Shown: piece after piece, positions 41,388 to 50,072 of the stretch
How the letters are laid out: the number at the start of each line of letters is the position of its first letter
How positions within the stretch are numbered: the stretch's first letter is position 1
NCBI GenBank assembly: GCA_965248835.1
Contig: CBDFLJ010000002.1
Coordinates: forward strand, 1,152,001 to 1,216,000
Source: Alphaproteobacteria bacterium
GTDB taxonomy: Bacteria; Pseudomonadota; Alphaproteobacteria; MPNO01
Direction: 5' to 3'
Length of the DNA stretch: 64,000 nucleotides
Position numbers and translations under genes: made by a program
Notes under the pieces: model-generated
Seen by the model: the letters and a program-made list of their open reading frames with translations, nothing else
The model's database searches: none
Told to the model about the DNA's origin: nothing

Positions 41388-42192
41388 GGCGCTTGGCGTC
41401 GGCATCGCGGGTCTGGGCGCGGTCGGCTGGCCGGTTGCCCGCGCCCTGGCGAACGGTCTGGACGGGCTCAGGCTCGCCGCGGTGTCCAGCCGCGATCTGG
41501 CCCGTGCGCGCGAACGCATGGCCGACATCGCGCCCGATGCCCCGGTGGTCCCTGCCGCCGCCCTGCCGGAACATGCCGACGTCGTCGTCGAATGCGTACC
41601 CAAGGCCGCCTTCGCCGAGGTCGCCGAGCCTGTGGTCGCGGCCGGCAAGATGCTGGTCACCGTCAGCGGGGCCGCACTCCTGGTCCATCCCGACATCGTC
41701 GACCGCGCCCGGCAGACCGGCGCGCGGATCGTGCTTGCGACCGGTGCGCTGCTCGGCCTCGATGCCGTCCGGGCAGCCGCGGAGGGCGAGATCCACGAGG
41801 TGCGGATGATCACCCGCAAGCCGCCCAGATCGCTCATCGGCGCGCCGCACCTGGAGCGGAACGGGATCTCGATCGACGGCCTTTCCGGGCCGCTCAAGGT
41901 CTTCGAAGGCTCCGCCCGTGAGGGTGCGGCGGGCTTCCCGGCCAATGTCAACGTCGCCGCGGCCCTGGGGCTTGCGGGTATCGGACCCGACCGCACGCGG
42001 CTCGAGATCTGGGCCGATCCGGCACTGGAGCGGAACACCCACGAGATCATCGTCGAAGCGGACAGCGCGCGCCTGACCATGAAGATCGAGAACGTGCCCT
42101 CGGACGAGAACCCGGGCACCGGCCGGATCACCGCCCTCAGCGTCATCGCCGCGCTGCGCGGGCTCGGCGCCCCGCTCAAGGTGGGGAGCTGA
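41380..42192 (+). CDS. nadX: L-aspartate dehydrogenase (NadX) family protein
   Basis: GLGAVG, VVEC, GALLGLD, RKPP, FPANVNVAAAL, NTHEI and ENP motifs. Confidence 0.85.
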   Translation: MTEALGVGIAGLGAVGWPVARALANGLDGLRLAAVSSRDLARARERMADIAPDAPVVPAAALPEHADVVVECVPKAAFAEVAEPVVAAGKMLVTVSGAALLVHPDIVDRARQTGARIVLATGALLGLDAVRAAAEGEIHEVRMITRKPPRSLIGAPHLERNGISIDGLSGPLKVFEGSAREGAAGFPANVNVAAALGLAGIGPDRTRLEIWADPALERNTHEIIVEADSARLTMKIENVPSDENPGTGRITALSVIAALRGLGAPLKVGS

Positions 42193-42239
42193 GGCGTCCG
42201 TCGAGCTTTGCCAAGCTCATGATCAGGGAGAACGAGGCC

Positions 42240-43148
42240 ATGGAATACCAGGCACTCAAGTGGGAAGTGCGCGACAACCCCAAGCGTCCGGGCGAGCGCT
42301 GCATCGGCGTGATCACGCTGAACCGGCCGGAGGCGCTGAACGCCGTCGACGTGCGGATGCGGGTCGAACTCGACATCCTGTGCGACCAGATCAGCCACAA
42401 CAACCATCTCAAGGTGATCGTCCTGACGGGCGAGGGCAGGGGCTTCTCGGCCGGCGGCGACCTGAAGTCCGAAGCCGACCCGCTGGGCGCCGGATCGGAC
42501 CCCGCGTTCGACATGGGCAATTTCGGGCCCTACAAGGAGCTCGCTCACCTGTTCTTCAACGACCTGCGTCACCAGGTCCTGCAGCGCGCCTTCCGCAAGC
42601 TGGAGGATCTGCCTCAGATCACGATCGCGGCGATCAACGGGCCGGCGGTCGGCATCGGGCTGGAGATCACCACCCTGTGCGACCTGCGGATCGCCTCGGA
42701 CCGGGCGAGGCTCGGCGAGGTCGCGGTGCCGGCAGGCTTCCTTCCCGAATCCGGCGGCGCGCGCAACCTTCCCAAGCTCATCGGCATCGGCAAAGCGCTG
42801 GAGCTGATCCTCACCGGGCGGATCATCGAGGCCGAGGAGGCCGAGCGCATCGGACTGGTCGAGCGCGTGGTTCCCCATGAAGACCTGCTCGACGAAGTGA
42901 TGACGCTCGCCGGTCGGATTTCCTCCAACCCGTATCTGTCGGTCCGCTACGCCAAGGAACTGGTGAAAATGTACTGGAACGCCAACCGCAGCCAGGAAGG
43001 CTGGGACCGCGAGTTCGCAGCGATCCAGGAAATCACCCGGACCGGCGACTGCCGCGAGGGGATGCGCGCCTTCATGGCCAAGCGCCCGCCGGAATACCGC
43101 GGTCCTTACTACGAAGCCTGGCCGTTCGGGAACGGCGCCGGTGACTGA
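42240..43148 (+). CDS. Enoyl-CoA hydratase/isomerase (crotonase) family protein
   Basis: ITLNRPEALNA, FSAGGDL, AAINGPAVGIG and EAERIGLV motifs. Confidence 0.9.
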   Translation: MEYQALKWEVRDNPKRPGERCIGVITLNRPEALNAVDVRMRVELDILCDQISHNNHLKVIVLTGEGRGFSAGGDLKSEADPLGAGSDPAFDMGNFGPYKELAHLFFNDLRHQVLQRAFRKLEDLPQITIAAINGPAVGIGLEITTLCDLRIASDRARLGEVAVPAGFLPESGGARNLPKLIGIGKALELILTGRIIEAEEAERIGLVERVVPHEDLLDEVMTLAGRISSNPYLSVRYAKELVKMYWNANRSQEGWDREFAAIQEITRTGDCREGMRAFMAKRPPEYRGPYYEAWPFGNGAGD

Positions 43149-44694
43149 CCGGCCGTCGATCCCGGCGCGCTTGAACCTTTGCGGCGCGGTTCTGGACGAT
43201 ATTGTGCGCGGCGGGCACGGCGAACGAACCGCCTTCGTCTGGGAGGGCGGGTCGATCACCTGCTGGGCGCTCCTGGATCGGGTGAAGCGGCTTGCCGGCG
43301 GGCTCGCCGCGCACGGGATCGTTCGCGGAATGCCCGTTCTGGTGCGCATGCCCAACTGCATCGAATTCGTGCTCACCTTTCTGGCACTAACCCGGCTGGG
43401 CGCGATCCCTGTGCTGCAGAATTCGCTGCTCGGGACGGAGGAGGTCGACTATGTCCTCGAGCATAGCCAGACCAGAGCGGCGGTTTCGCTGGCAGCGATC
43501 GCCGATCCGCTGTTGCGCCGCGCCGAGACGATCGATGTCCTGATCTGGCGCGGAACACGTCCCGGCGCAACCTCCTTGGAGACGATGGCGCAAGGTGGTC
43601 CCGCGGTGCTCGCGCCCGCCGATACCGCGGCCGACGAACCTGCCTTCATGGTCTACACCTCGGGCACCACGGGCCGGCCCAAGGGGATCGTCCACGCCCA
43701 TCGATGGGTCCACGCGCTCGGCGAGGCCAACCGCTGTCGGGTACCGCCGGAGCCCGGAGACGTCGCGCTTGCGACCGGCGAGTGGAGCTTCATCAGCGCG
43801 CTCGGCCATAACGTGGTGTTTGCGCTGCGCAACGGCGTAACCGGCGCGATCCTCGAGGGGCGGGCGCAGCCCGAAAGGGTGCTGGCAGCGATCGAGGCGT
43901 TCAAGGTCACGCTGCTCTATTCGGTAGCCACGGTCTACCGCCGCGTGCTTGCCATCGCCGGGGTCGAGAACCGTTATGACCTGTCGAGCCTGAGGGGTTG
44001 CAGCGCCACCGGCGAAGCCCTCGAGGCCGCGACCTGGGAGGAGTTCAAGCGGCGCATCGGCTGCGAGATCTGGGAGCATTACGGTGTCTCCGAGATGCAG
44101 ATGGTGCTGGGCCAGGGTCCGCGGCACCCGGTCCGCCCGGGATCGATCGGCATTCCTCTGCCCGGCACTCCGGTCGCGGTCTGCGACGAGGATTACCGCG
44201 AACTGCCCGCCGGCGAGATCGGCCGGTTCCTGATCGGCGCCGACAACCCGGGCTTCTTCCTCGGCTACCATCGAGACGAGGCGTTGACCCGGCAGGTGAT
44301 CCATGACGGCTGGTACCATACCGGCGACCTCGCCTGGCGCGACGACGACGGCTATTACTGGATCGCCGGGCGCGAGGACGATTGCTTCAAGAGCCGCGGC
44401 ATCTTCATCTCGCCCTACGAGATCGAGGACGCGCTCCGCCGGCATGCAGGCGTCGCCGAGGCCTGCGTGGTGCCGAGCCCCGATCGGGAAATTGGCAACC
44501 GGATCCGCGCGGTCGTCGTGCTGCGCGGTAAGCACGCGGGCTCCGACGGGCTGGGCGATCGGATCCGCACCAGCCTGCGCGGCAGAATCGCGCCGTTCAA
44601 GATCCCGCATATCGTTGAAGTCGTCGACGCCCTGCCGATGAGCCCGGTCGGAAAGGTGCTGCGCCGAAAGGTCGCCGAAGGCGATAGCTCATAG
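43141..44694 (+). CDS. Acyl/aryl-CoA synthetase (AMP-binding)
   Basis: YTSGTTGRPKG, GEAL, YGVSE, WYHTGD, GREDD and SPVGK motifs. Confidence 0.9.
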   Translation: MTDRPSIPARLNLCGAVLDDIVRGGHGERTAFVWEGGSITCWALLDRVKRLAGGLAAHGIVRGMPVLVRMPNCIEFVLTFLALTRLGAIPVLQNSLLGTEEVDYVLEHSQTRAAVSLAAIADPLLRRAETIDVLIWRGTRPGATSLETMAQGGPAVLAPADTAADEPAFMVYTSGTTGRPKGIVHAHRWVHALGEANRCRVPPEPGDVALATGEWSFISALGHNVVFALRNGVTGAILEGRAQPERVLAAIEAFKVTLLYSVATVYRRVLAIAGVENRYDLSSLRGCSATGEALEAATWEEFKRRIGCEIWEHYGVSEMQMVLGQGPRHPVRPGSIGIPLPGTPVAVCDEDYRELPAGEIGRFLIGADNPGFFLGYHRDEALTRQVIHDGWYHTGDLAWRDDDGYYWIAGREDDCFKSRGIFISPYEIEDALRRHAGVAEACVVPSPDREIGNRIRAVVVLRGKHAGSDGLGDRIRTSLRGRIAPFKIPHIVEVVDALPMSPVGKVLRRKVAEGDSS

Positions 44695-44740
44695 GAGGCG
44701 GCTGCGTGTTCGGCCGCCGGGCGTCCATAGGTGCCCGGGA

Positions 44741-45712
44741 TCAGCGGACCGGGTCGTCGAAAGGCGAGTCGAACACGCCGAGATCGCCCAGCGCGTCCTC
44801 GGCGAAGCGGCGGGACAGGATCTCGTCGTGGCCCACCGCGCGGGTTTTCGGGTTAAGCGCCTTGAACCCGTCGAGCTGGGCCTGCCAATGGCCGGACGTC
44901 ATCTCGCCGTTGACGGCAAACCCGCCATTGTCCCGCTCCTGGCGCCAGATCGCGGCGACGGCGTCGTCGGGGATCGCGATGGTTACGTTGTTGCGGAAGA
45001 CGGTCTCGAAGGTCTCGAAGTCGTCGTGCAGCGCGCGCGAGGCCCGAATCATGCCGCGGGCCAGCCTGGCCAACGCCTCCGGGTTGTCTCGCTCATAGTC
45101 CTCGGTCGTCGACAGCACGCCGTGCGGCTGGAGCGGAACCAGCCGTTTGAGGTCGGCGAACCCGAGCAGGTTGGAAAGCTTGTCGCCGTGGTTCGCGGCC
45201 AGCGAGATCGCCTCTTCGACGCGGATCAGCGAGACGTCGATCGTGCCCGCGAGCAGCGCCTGGATGCGTTCGGGCGGCGGACCGAGGGCACGCCAGTCGA
45301 TTTCGTCTTCGCCGATGCCCAGCGCGGCCACGGTCAGCCGGGCCATGTGATGGCTGAGCGCGCCGAAGCCGTCGAGCGCCCAGGAGACGCCGCGGAGCTG
45401 GTCCGGGGCGGTGATCGATTTTCGGACGACCAGGTTCTGGGCCAGCCCGCGCGCCATCGAGACGACGATCCGGACCGGCGCCCCGTCGGCGCGCGCCGCG
45501 ATCGCCGGCCCCAGCCCGCCGTAGCAGGCATCGACCCGGCCGGCGAGCACCGACTCGATCGCCTGCACCCCGCCGTGGACCGGGATCCATGTCACATCGA
45601 GGCCCTGGTCCGCCCACAGCCCGAGGTCGGTCACGGCTGCACAGGCGAGGTCGTCGACCCCGAACGTCACACCGGAAGCCGCGGCAAGCCGCATCGCGAT
45701 TCGGTCGGTCAT
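44741..45712 (-). CDS. NMT1/THI5/SsuA-like substrate-binding-fold protein, no obvious signal peptide
   Basis: GLWADQGLDV, GGVQAIESVLAGRVD and RIQALLAGTID pattern. Confidence 0.7.
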   Translation of the reverse strand: MTDRIAMRLAAASGVTFGVDDLACAAVTDLGLWADQGLDVTWIPVHGGVQAIESVLAGRVDACYGGLGPAIAARADGAPVRIVVSMARGLAQNLVVRKSITAPDQLRGVSWALDGFGALSHHMARLTVAALGIGEDEIDWRALGPPPERIQALLAGTIDVSLIRVEEAISLAANHGDKLSNLLGFADLKRLVPLQPHGVLSTTEDYERDNPEALARLARGMIRASRALHDDFETFETVFRNNVTIAIPDDAVAAIWRQERDNGGFAVNGEMTSGHWQAQLDGFKALNPKTRAVGHDEILSRRFAEDALGDLGVFDSPFDDPVR

Positions 45713-46179
45713 TCTCGCTCCATGGGGCGGCGGCGGACGAAATGGAGACTGCTCAGCGTCATCACCACATCGTCCTCCTGGTTGCGGGTCTGGTAAGCGA
45801 TCCGGATCGCATCGCGGCCGCCTTCTTCCTTGGCCGGTGAGACCTCGATGATCTCGGCCGTCACCTTCAGCGTGTCCCCGGCGCGCACCGGCCGGAGCCA
45901 GCGCAGCTTGTCGATACCGGGCGAGCCCATGCCGCACGCCCGGAAGGTGCCGGTGCGGACGAACAACCCGAAGGTCAGCGACGCGGTCTGGTAGCCCGGC
46001 GCGACGATGCCGCCGAACATGGTCTCGGACGCCGCCGCGGGGTCGGTGTGATAGGGAAGGGGGGCATAGCGTTCCCCGAAGGCGATTATCTCCTCTTCGC
46101 TCAGCGTCATCGGCGCGCTCTCGATGACCTGGCCGACGAAGAAATCCTCAAAATAGAGATCGTCCATGGTCTCGCTCAC
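45709..46179 (-). CDS. MaoC family dehydratase
   Basis: LYFEDF, YHTDPAAA..FGG and GSPGIDKLRWLRPVRAGD motifs; overlaps the mfd stop (GTGA). Confidence 0.85.
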   Translation of the reverse strand: MSETMDDLYFEDFFVGQVIESAPMTLSEEEIIAFGERYAPLPYHTDPAAASETMFGGIVAPGYQTASLTFGLFVRTGTFRACGMGSPGIDKLRWLRPVRAGDTLKVTAEIIEVSPAKEEGGRDAIRIAYQTRNQEDDVVMTLSSLHFVRRRPMERE

Positions 46180-49100
46180 GCCGCGACCGCGGCCAGCCGC
46201 TCGACAAGGTCCCGGACGCCGCCCAGCCGCCTGCCGGTCCCGGTCCAATCGCGCCGGAAAACCAGACGGTGGTCGGGCCGAAGCCTGGTGCGCCCGGCAT
46301 CGTCCTGGATGAAGTTGATCAGCCCTGCCGGGTTGGCGAAGCTGTTCTCGTGGAAGGCGAGCAGCGCGCCTTTGGGTCCTGCATCGATCTTCTCGATTCC
46401 TGCCGCGCGGCAGAACTGCTTGATGGCCACGACCTGGAGCAGGGTCTCGACTTCTTCGGGCAGCGGCCCGAACCGATCGATCAGCTCAGCCGCAAAGGAC
46501 TCGATCTCGGTCTTGTCTTCCAGCCGCGCGATCCGCCGATAGAGCCCGAGCCGCACGTCGAGGTCGCCGACGTAATTCTCCGGGATCAGGACCGGAAGGC
46601 CGAGCGTAATCTGCGGGGTCCAGTCCGATTTCGGCGCGTCGGATCCGCCGCGCGCTTCGGCGACCGCCTCCTCCAGCATCTGCTGGTAGAGCTCGACCCC
46701 GACCTCGCGGATATGGCCCGACTGCTCCTCGCCGAGCAGGTTGCCCGCCCCGCGTATGTCGAGGTCATGGCTTGCCAGCGAAAACCCCGCGCCCAGCGTG
46801 TCCAGGGTCTGCATGACCTCCAGCCGCTTCTGCGCGGCGGTGGTCAGCGCATGGGCCGGCGGCAGGGTGAGGTAGCAATAAGCCCTGAGCTTAGACCGGC
46901 CGACCCGGCCGCGAAGCTGGTAAAGCTGGGCCAGCCCGAACATGTCCGCCCGGTGGACGATCAACGTGTTGGCCCGCGGAATGTCGAGCCCGGACTCGAT
47001 GATCTGGGTCGAGACCAGGATGTCGATGCTGCCCTCGTAGAAGCCGACCATGACGTCCTCGATCGCGCGGCTGGTCATCCGGCCGTGGGCGATGGCGATC
47101 TTCACCTCGGGCACGAGCTCGGACAGCCGTGCCGCGACCTCGTCGAGCTGGGCGATCCGCGGGCAGACATAGAAGCTCTGTCCGCCGCGGAAATGCTCGC
47201 GCATGATCGCTTCGCGCACGATCACCGGATCGTAGGGCAGCACGAAGGTGCGCACCGCCAGCCGGTCGACTGGCGGGGTGGCGATTGTGCTCATCTCGCG
47301 CACCCCGCTGAGCGCCATCTGCAGGGTCCTGGGGATTGGCGTCGCGGTCATCGTCAGCACGTGCACGTCGGCCTTGAGCTGCTTGAGCTGCTCCTTGTGG
47401 GCGACCCCGAAATGCTGCTCCTCGTCAACCACCAGCAGGCCGAGATTGCGGAAACGAATCGACTTGGCGAGGAGGGCGTGGGTGCCGATGACGATGTCGA
47501 TGCTGCCGTCGGCGATCCCGGCCCTGGTCGCGGCGGCCTCCTTCGCACCGACCAGCCGCGAGAGCTGTCCGATGCGGACCGCCATATCCACGAAGCGCTC
47601 GTTGAAGGTCGCGTGGTGCTGGCGGCACAAGAGAGTGGTCGGCACCACGACCGCGACCTGGCCGCCGGCGTGGACGGTGTTGAACGCGGCCCTGAGCGCG
47701 ATCTCGGTCTTGCCGAAGCCGACATCGCCGCAGATCAGGCGGTCCATCGGTTGGCCGTTGGCGAGGTCGCCCAAGGTGTCCTTGATCGCATCGCGCTGAT
47801 CTTCGGTTTCGATGAACGGGAACCGGGCGCAAAACTCCTGATAGAGGCCGGGCTCGACAGTGATGGCCTGCGCGGGTCGGAGCTTGCGTGCGGCTGCGAC
47901 CTTGATCAGCTCGCCCGCCATGTCGAGCAGCCTTTTCTTGAGCTTCGCCTTGCGGTGCTGCCAGGAGGCGCCGCCCAAACGGTCGAGCATCGCCTCGGAC
48001 TCGCCGGAGCCGTAACGCGACAAGACTTCGAGACTCTCGACCGGGACGTAGAGCCGGTCTCCGCCGGCATAGGACAGGCGCAGGCAATCATGCGGCGCGT
48101 TCAGCGCGACCACGGTCTCCAGCCCTTCGTATCGGCCGATGCCGTGCTCGACATGGACCACCAGGTCGCCGGGAGCAAGGTCGGCGATGTCGGCAATGAA
48201 CTCCGAAGCCCTGCGCTTGCGGCGCGCCGGCCGGATCAACCGCTCGCCCAGGATGTCCTGCTCGCCGATCACGGCGAGATCGGCGGTCTCGAAGCCGCGC
48301 TCTACCGCAAGCGTGGCAAGCGCGACGCCATCCGAAGGTAGCGCCTCGACCTCGGGCCAGCTCTCCACCGGGTGGAGTGCGCGCACGCCGTGTTCGCGCA
48401 GGAGCTGGCCCAGCCGCTCGCGCGAGCCGGCGGAATACCCGGCGACGACCACGCGGCGCCCGCTCGCGCAATGCTCCCGGATCGCCGCGCACACACGGTC
48501 GAACAGGTTGGCCCGGGGTGCCTCGTCATCGGGATCGCCCGCACCCGGCGGGCCGGCCGCAAAGTTCGCTGCCTGGCGTCCATCGAAGTGGGCGATGCCG
48601 TCATAGGCGCCATGGGGCAGGTCGTCGGGCGCGCTGAACGGCTGGAAGCAGCCGACCCGGTTGCCGGCAAGTGCTGCGTCCCACGCGGCCGCGTCGAGAT
48701 AGAGCCGGTCGGGCGGCAGCGGGCGGTAGACCGGTATCGCCTCAGCGGCATTCCCGGTCGATCGGTTATGGGCGAAGCTCATCCGCGCATCGTAGTAGTC
48801 GGCAATCATTTCCAGCCGTGCGTCGCGGACCGCTTCGAACTGATAATCGAGCGTGACCAGCGCGCCCGGCGCGTAGTCGAAGATCGTCTCCATTTCCGCG
48901 TGGAACAGCGGCAGCCAGTGCTCCATGCCGATCTGCTGGCGCCCTTCGGAGATCGCCGCGTAGAGCGGATCCTCGCCGATGGCGCCGAACAGCGCGCGGT
49001 AGCCGGCGCGGAAGCGGCCGATCGAATCCGGGTCGAGCATCACCTCGCTGACCGGGGCAAGCGCCAGTCGTTCGACCACGCCGCAGGTCAACTGGGTACC

Positions 49101-49697
49101 GGCATCGAAGGCGCGGATGCCTTCGAGCACGTCGCCGAACAGATCGAGCCGGATCGGTTGCTCGTGGCCGGGCGGGAAGACGTCGACGATGCCGCCGCGC
49201 ACGGCGAACTCGCCGGGCTCGCGCACGGTGCTGGTCCGCCGGTAGCCATTGCACGTGAGAAATCCGCTCAGCGCGTCGAGGTCTATTCTGTCACCAGGCT
49301 GTGCGGCAAAGGCCGCATCCTTCAGCGCCGCGCGCGGCGGCACCCGCTGCAGCACCGCGTTGACCGTGGTGAGCACGACCAGCGGGCCGTCGCCGGTGCG
49401 CCGTGCCAGCCGGCACAGCGTATCAATCCGTTCGCTGGTGATCTCGCTGATCGGCGAGACCCGGTCATAGGGAAGACAGTCCCAGGCGGGGAACCGCAAG
49501 ACCTCCAGGTCGGGGGCGAAAAAGCCCACCCCGTCGGCGAGACGGGCGAGACGGGTGTCTTCGCGGGCGACGTGGAGAACTGCCGGCGCTCGGCCGCCGC
49601 GCGCCAGATCGGCGATCACCCGCGCGTCGAGGCCTTCGGGCACCCCTGCAAGGAGTGTCCGCCCGGCCGCTGTCACTGCCTCGATCAGATCGAGCAA
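46176..49697 (-). CDS. mfd: Transcription-repair coupling factor
   Basis: FPAWDCLPYD, CGDVGFGKTE, DEEQHFGV and QLRGRVGRS motifs plus TRCF C-terminus. Confidence 0.98.
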   Translation of the reverse strand: MLDLIEAVTAAGRTLLAGVPEGLDARVIADLARGGRAPAVLHVAREDTRLARLADGVGFFAPDLEVLRFPAWDCLPYDRVSPISEITSERIDTLCRLARRTGDGPLVVLTTVNAVLQRVPPRAALKDAAFAAQPGDRIDLDALSGFLTCNGYRRTSTVREPGEFAVRGGIVDVFPPGHEQPIRLDLFGDVLEGIRAFDAGTQLTCGVVERLALAPVSEVMLDPDSIGRFRAGYRALFGAIGEDPLYAAISEGRQQIGMEHWLPLFHAEMETIFDYAPGALVTLDYQFEAVRDARLEMIADYYDARMSFAHNRSTGNAAEAIPVYRPLPPDRLYLDAAAWDAALAGNRVGCFQPFSAPDDLPHGAYDGIAHFDGRQAANFAAGPPGAGDPDDEAPRANLFDRVCAAIREHCASGRRVVVAGYSAGSRERLGQLLREHGVRALHPVESWPEVEALPSDGVALATLAVERGFETADLAVIGEQDILGERLIRPARRKRRASEFIADIADLAPGDLVVHVEHGIGRYEGLETVVALNAPHDCLRLSYAGGDRLYVPVESLEVLSRYGSGESEAMLDRLGGASWQHRKAKLKKRLLDMAGELIKVAAARKLRPAQAITVEPGLYQEFCARFPFIETEDQRDAIKDTLGDLANGQPMDRLICGDVGFGKTEIALRAAFNTVHAGGQVAVVVPTTLLCRQHHATFNERFVDMAVRIGQLSRLVGAKEAAATRAGIADGSIDIVIGTHALLAKSIRFRNLGLLVVDEEQHFGVAHKEQLKQLKADVHVLTMTATPIPRTLQMALSGVREMSTIATPPVDRLAVRTFVLPYDPVIVREAIMREHFRGGQSFYVCPRIAQLDEVAARLSELVPEVKIAIAHGRMTSRAIEDVMVGFYEGSIDILVSTQIIESGLDIPRANTLIVHRADMFGLAQLYQLRGRVGRSKLRAYCYLTLPPAHALTTAAQKRLEVMQTLDTLGAGFSLASHDLDIRGAGNLLGEEQSGHIREVGVELYQQMLEEAVAEARGGSDAPKSDWTPQITLGLPVLIPENYVGDLDVRLGLYRRIARLEDKTEIESFAAELIDRFGPLPEEVETLLQVVAIKQFCRAAGIEKIDAGPKGALLAFHENSFANPAGLINFIQDDAGRTRLRPDHRLVFRRDWTGTGRRLGGVRDLVERLAAVAA

Positions 49698-49710
49698 CGG
49701 TCTTCGCGTC

Positions 49711-49965
49711 TCACTGCGCGTGCTTGAAGGCCATCAACATGGCCATGACGTCGGTGTCGTAGGCGGCGGGCACGGGCTCCTGGCCGATCACCCAGGCCAG
49801 GATTTCCGGATCGGAGCGTTCGAGCAGCGCCTCGAAGCGGCCAAGCTGGGCCTCGCTCATGGTCTCCAGGCAGGTCTTGGCAAAGCCGCCGATGACGAGA
49901 TCGCTTTCCTTGGTTCCACGGCGCAAGCTGCGGAAGAGCAACCGTTTGCGGCGGGTGTCCTGCAT
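49711..49965 (-). CDS. sdhE: Succinate dehydrogenase assembly factor (SdhE/Sdh5)
   Basis: RKRLLFRS.RRGTKESDL (RGxxE motif); sdhE-mfd synteny. Confidence 0.9.
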   Translation of the reverse strand: MQDTRRKRLLFRSLRRGTKESDLVIGGFAKTCLETMSEAQLGRFEALLERSDPEILAWVIGQEPVPAAYDTDVMAMLMAFKHAQ

Positions 49966-50072
49966 TTCTCAGATTTGGCCGATGCTCCGAATCGCGTAGG
50001 ATATAGACCGTCCCAAACGGCCTGTCAGCCCCGAACGGGCCGCCACGCCGACTCCCTCGTGCACGACCGGTG

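Noticed and set aside
40317-43376. 1019-aa minus-strand ORF (also 1380-4277, 19063-21180, 46269-48341 and 50025-52007)
   Set aside because: These are stop-poor antisense frames typical of high-GC coding DNA, each lying opposite well-supported genes.
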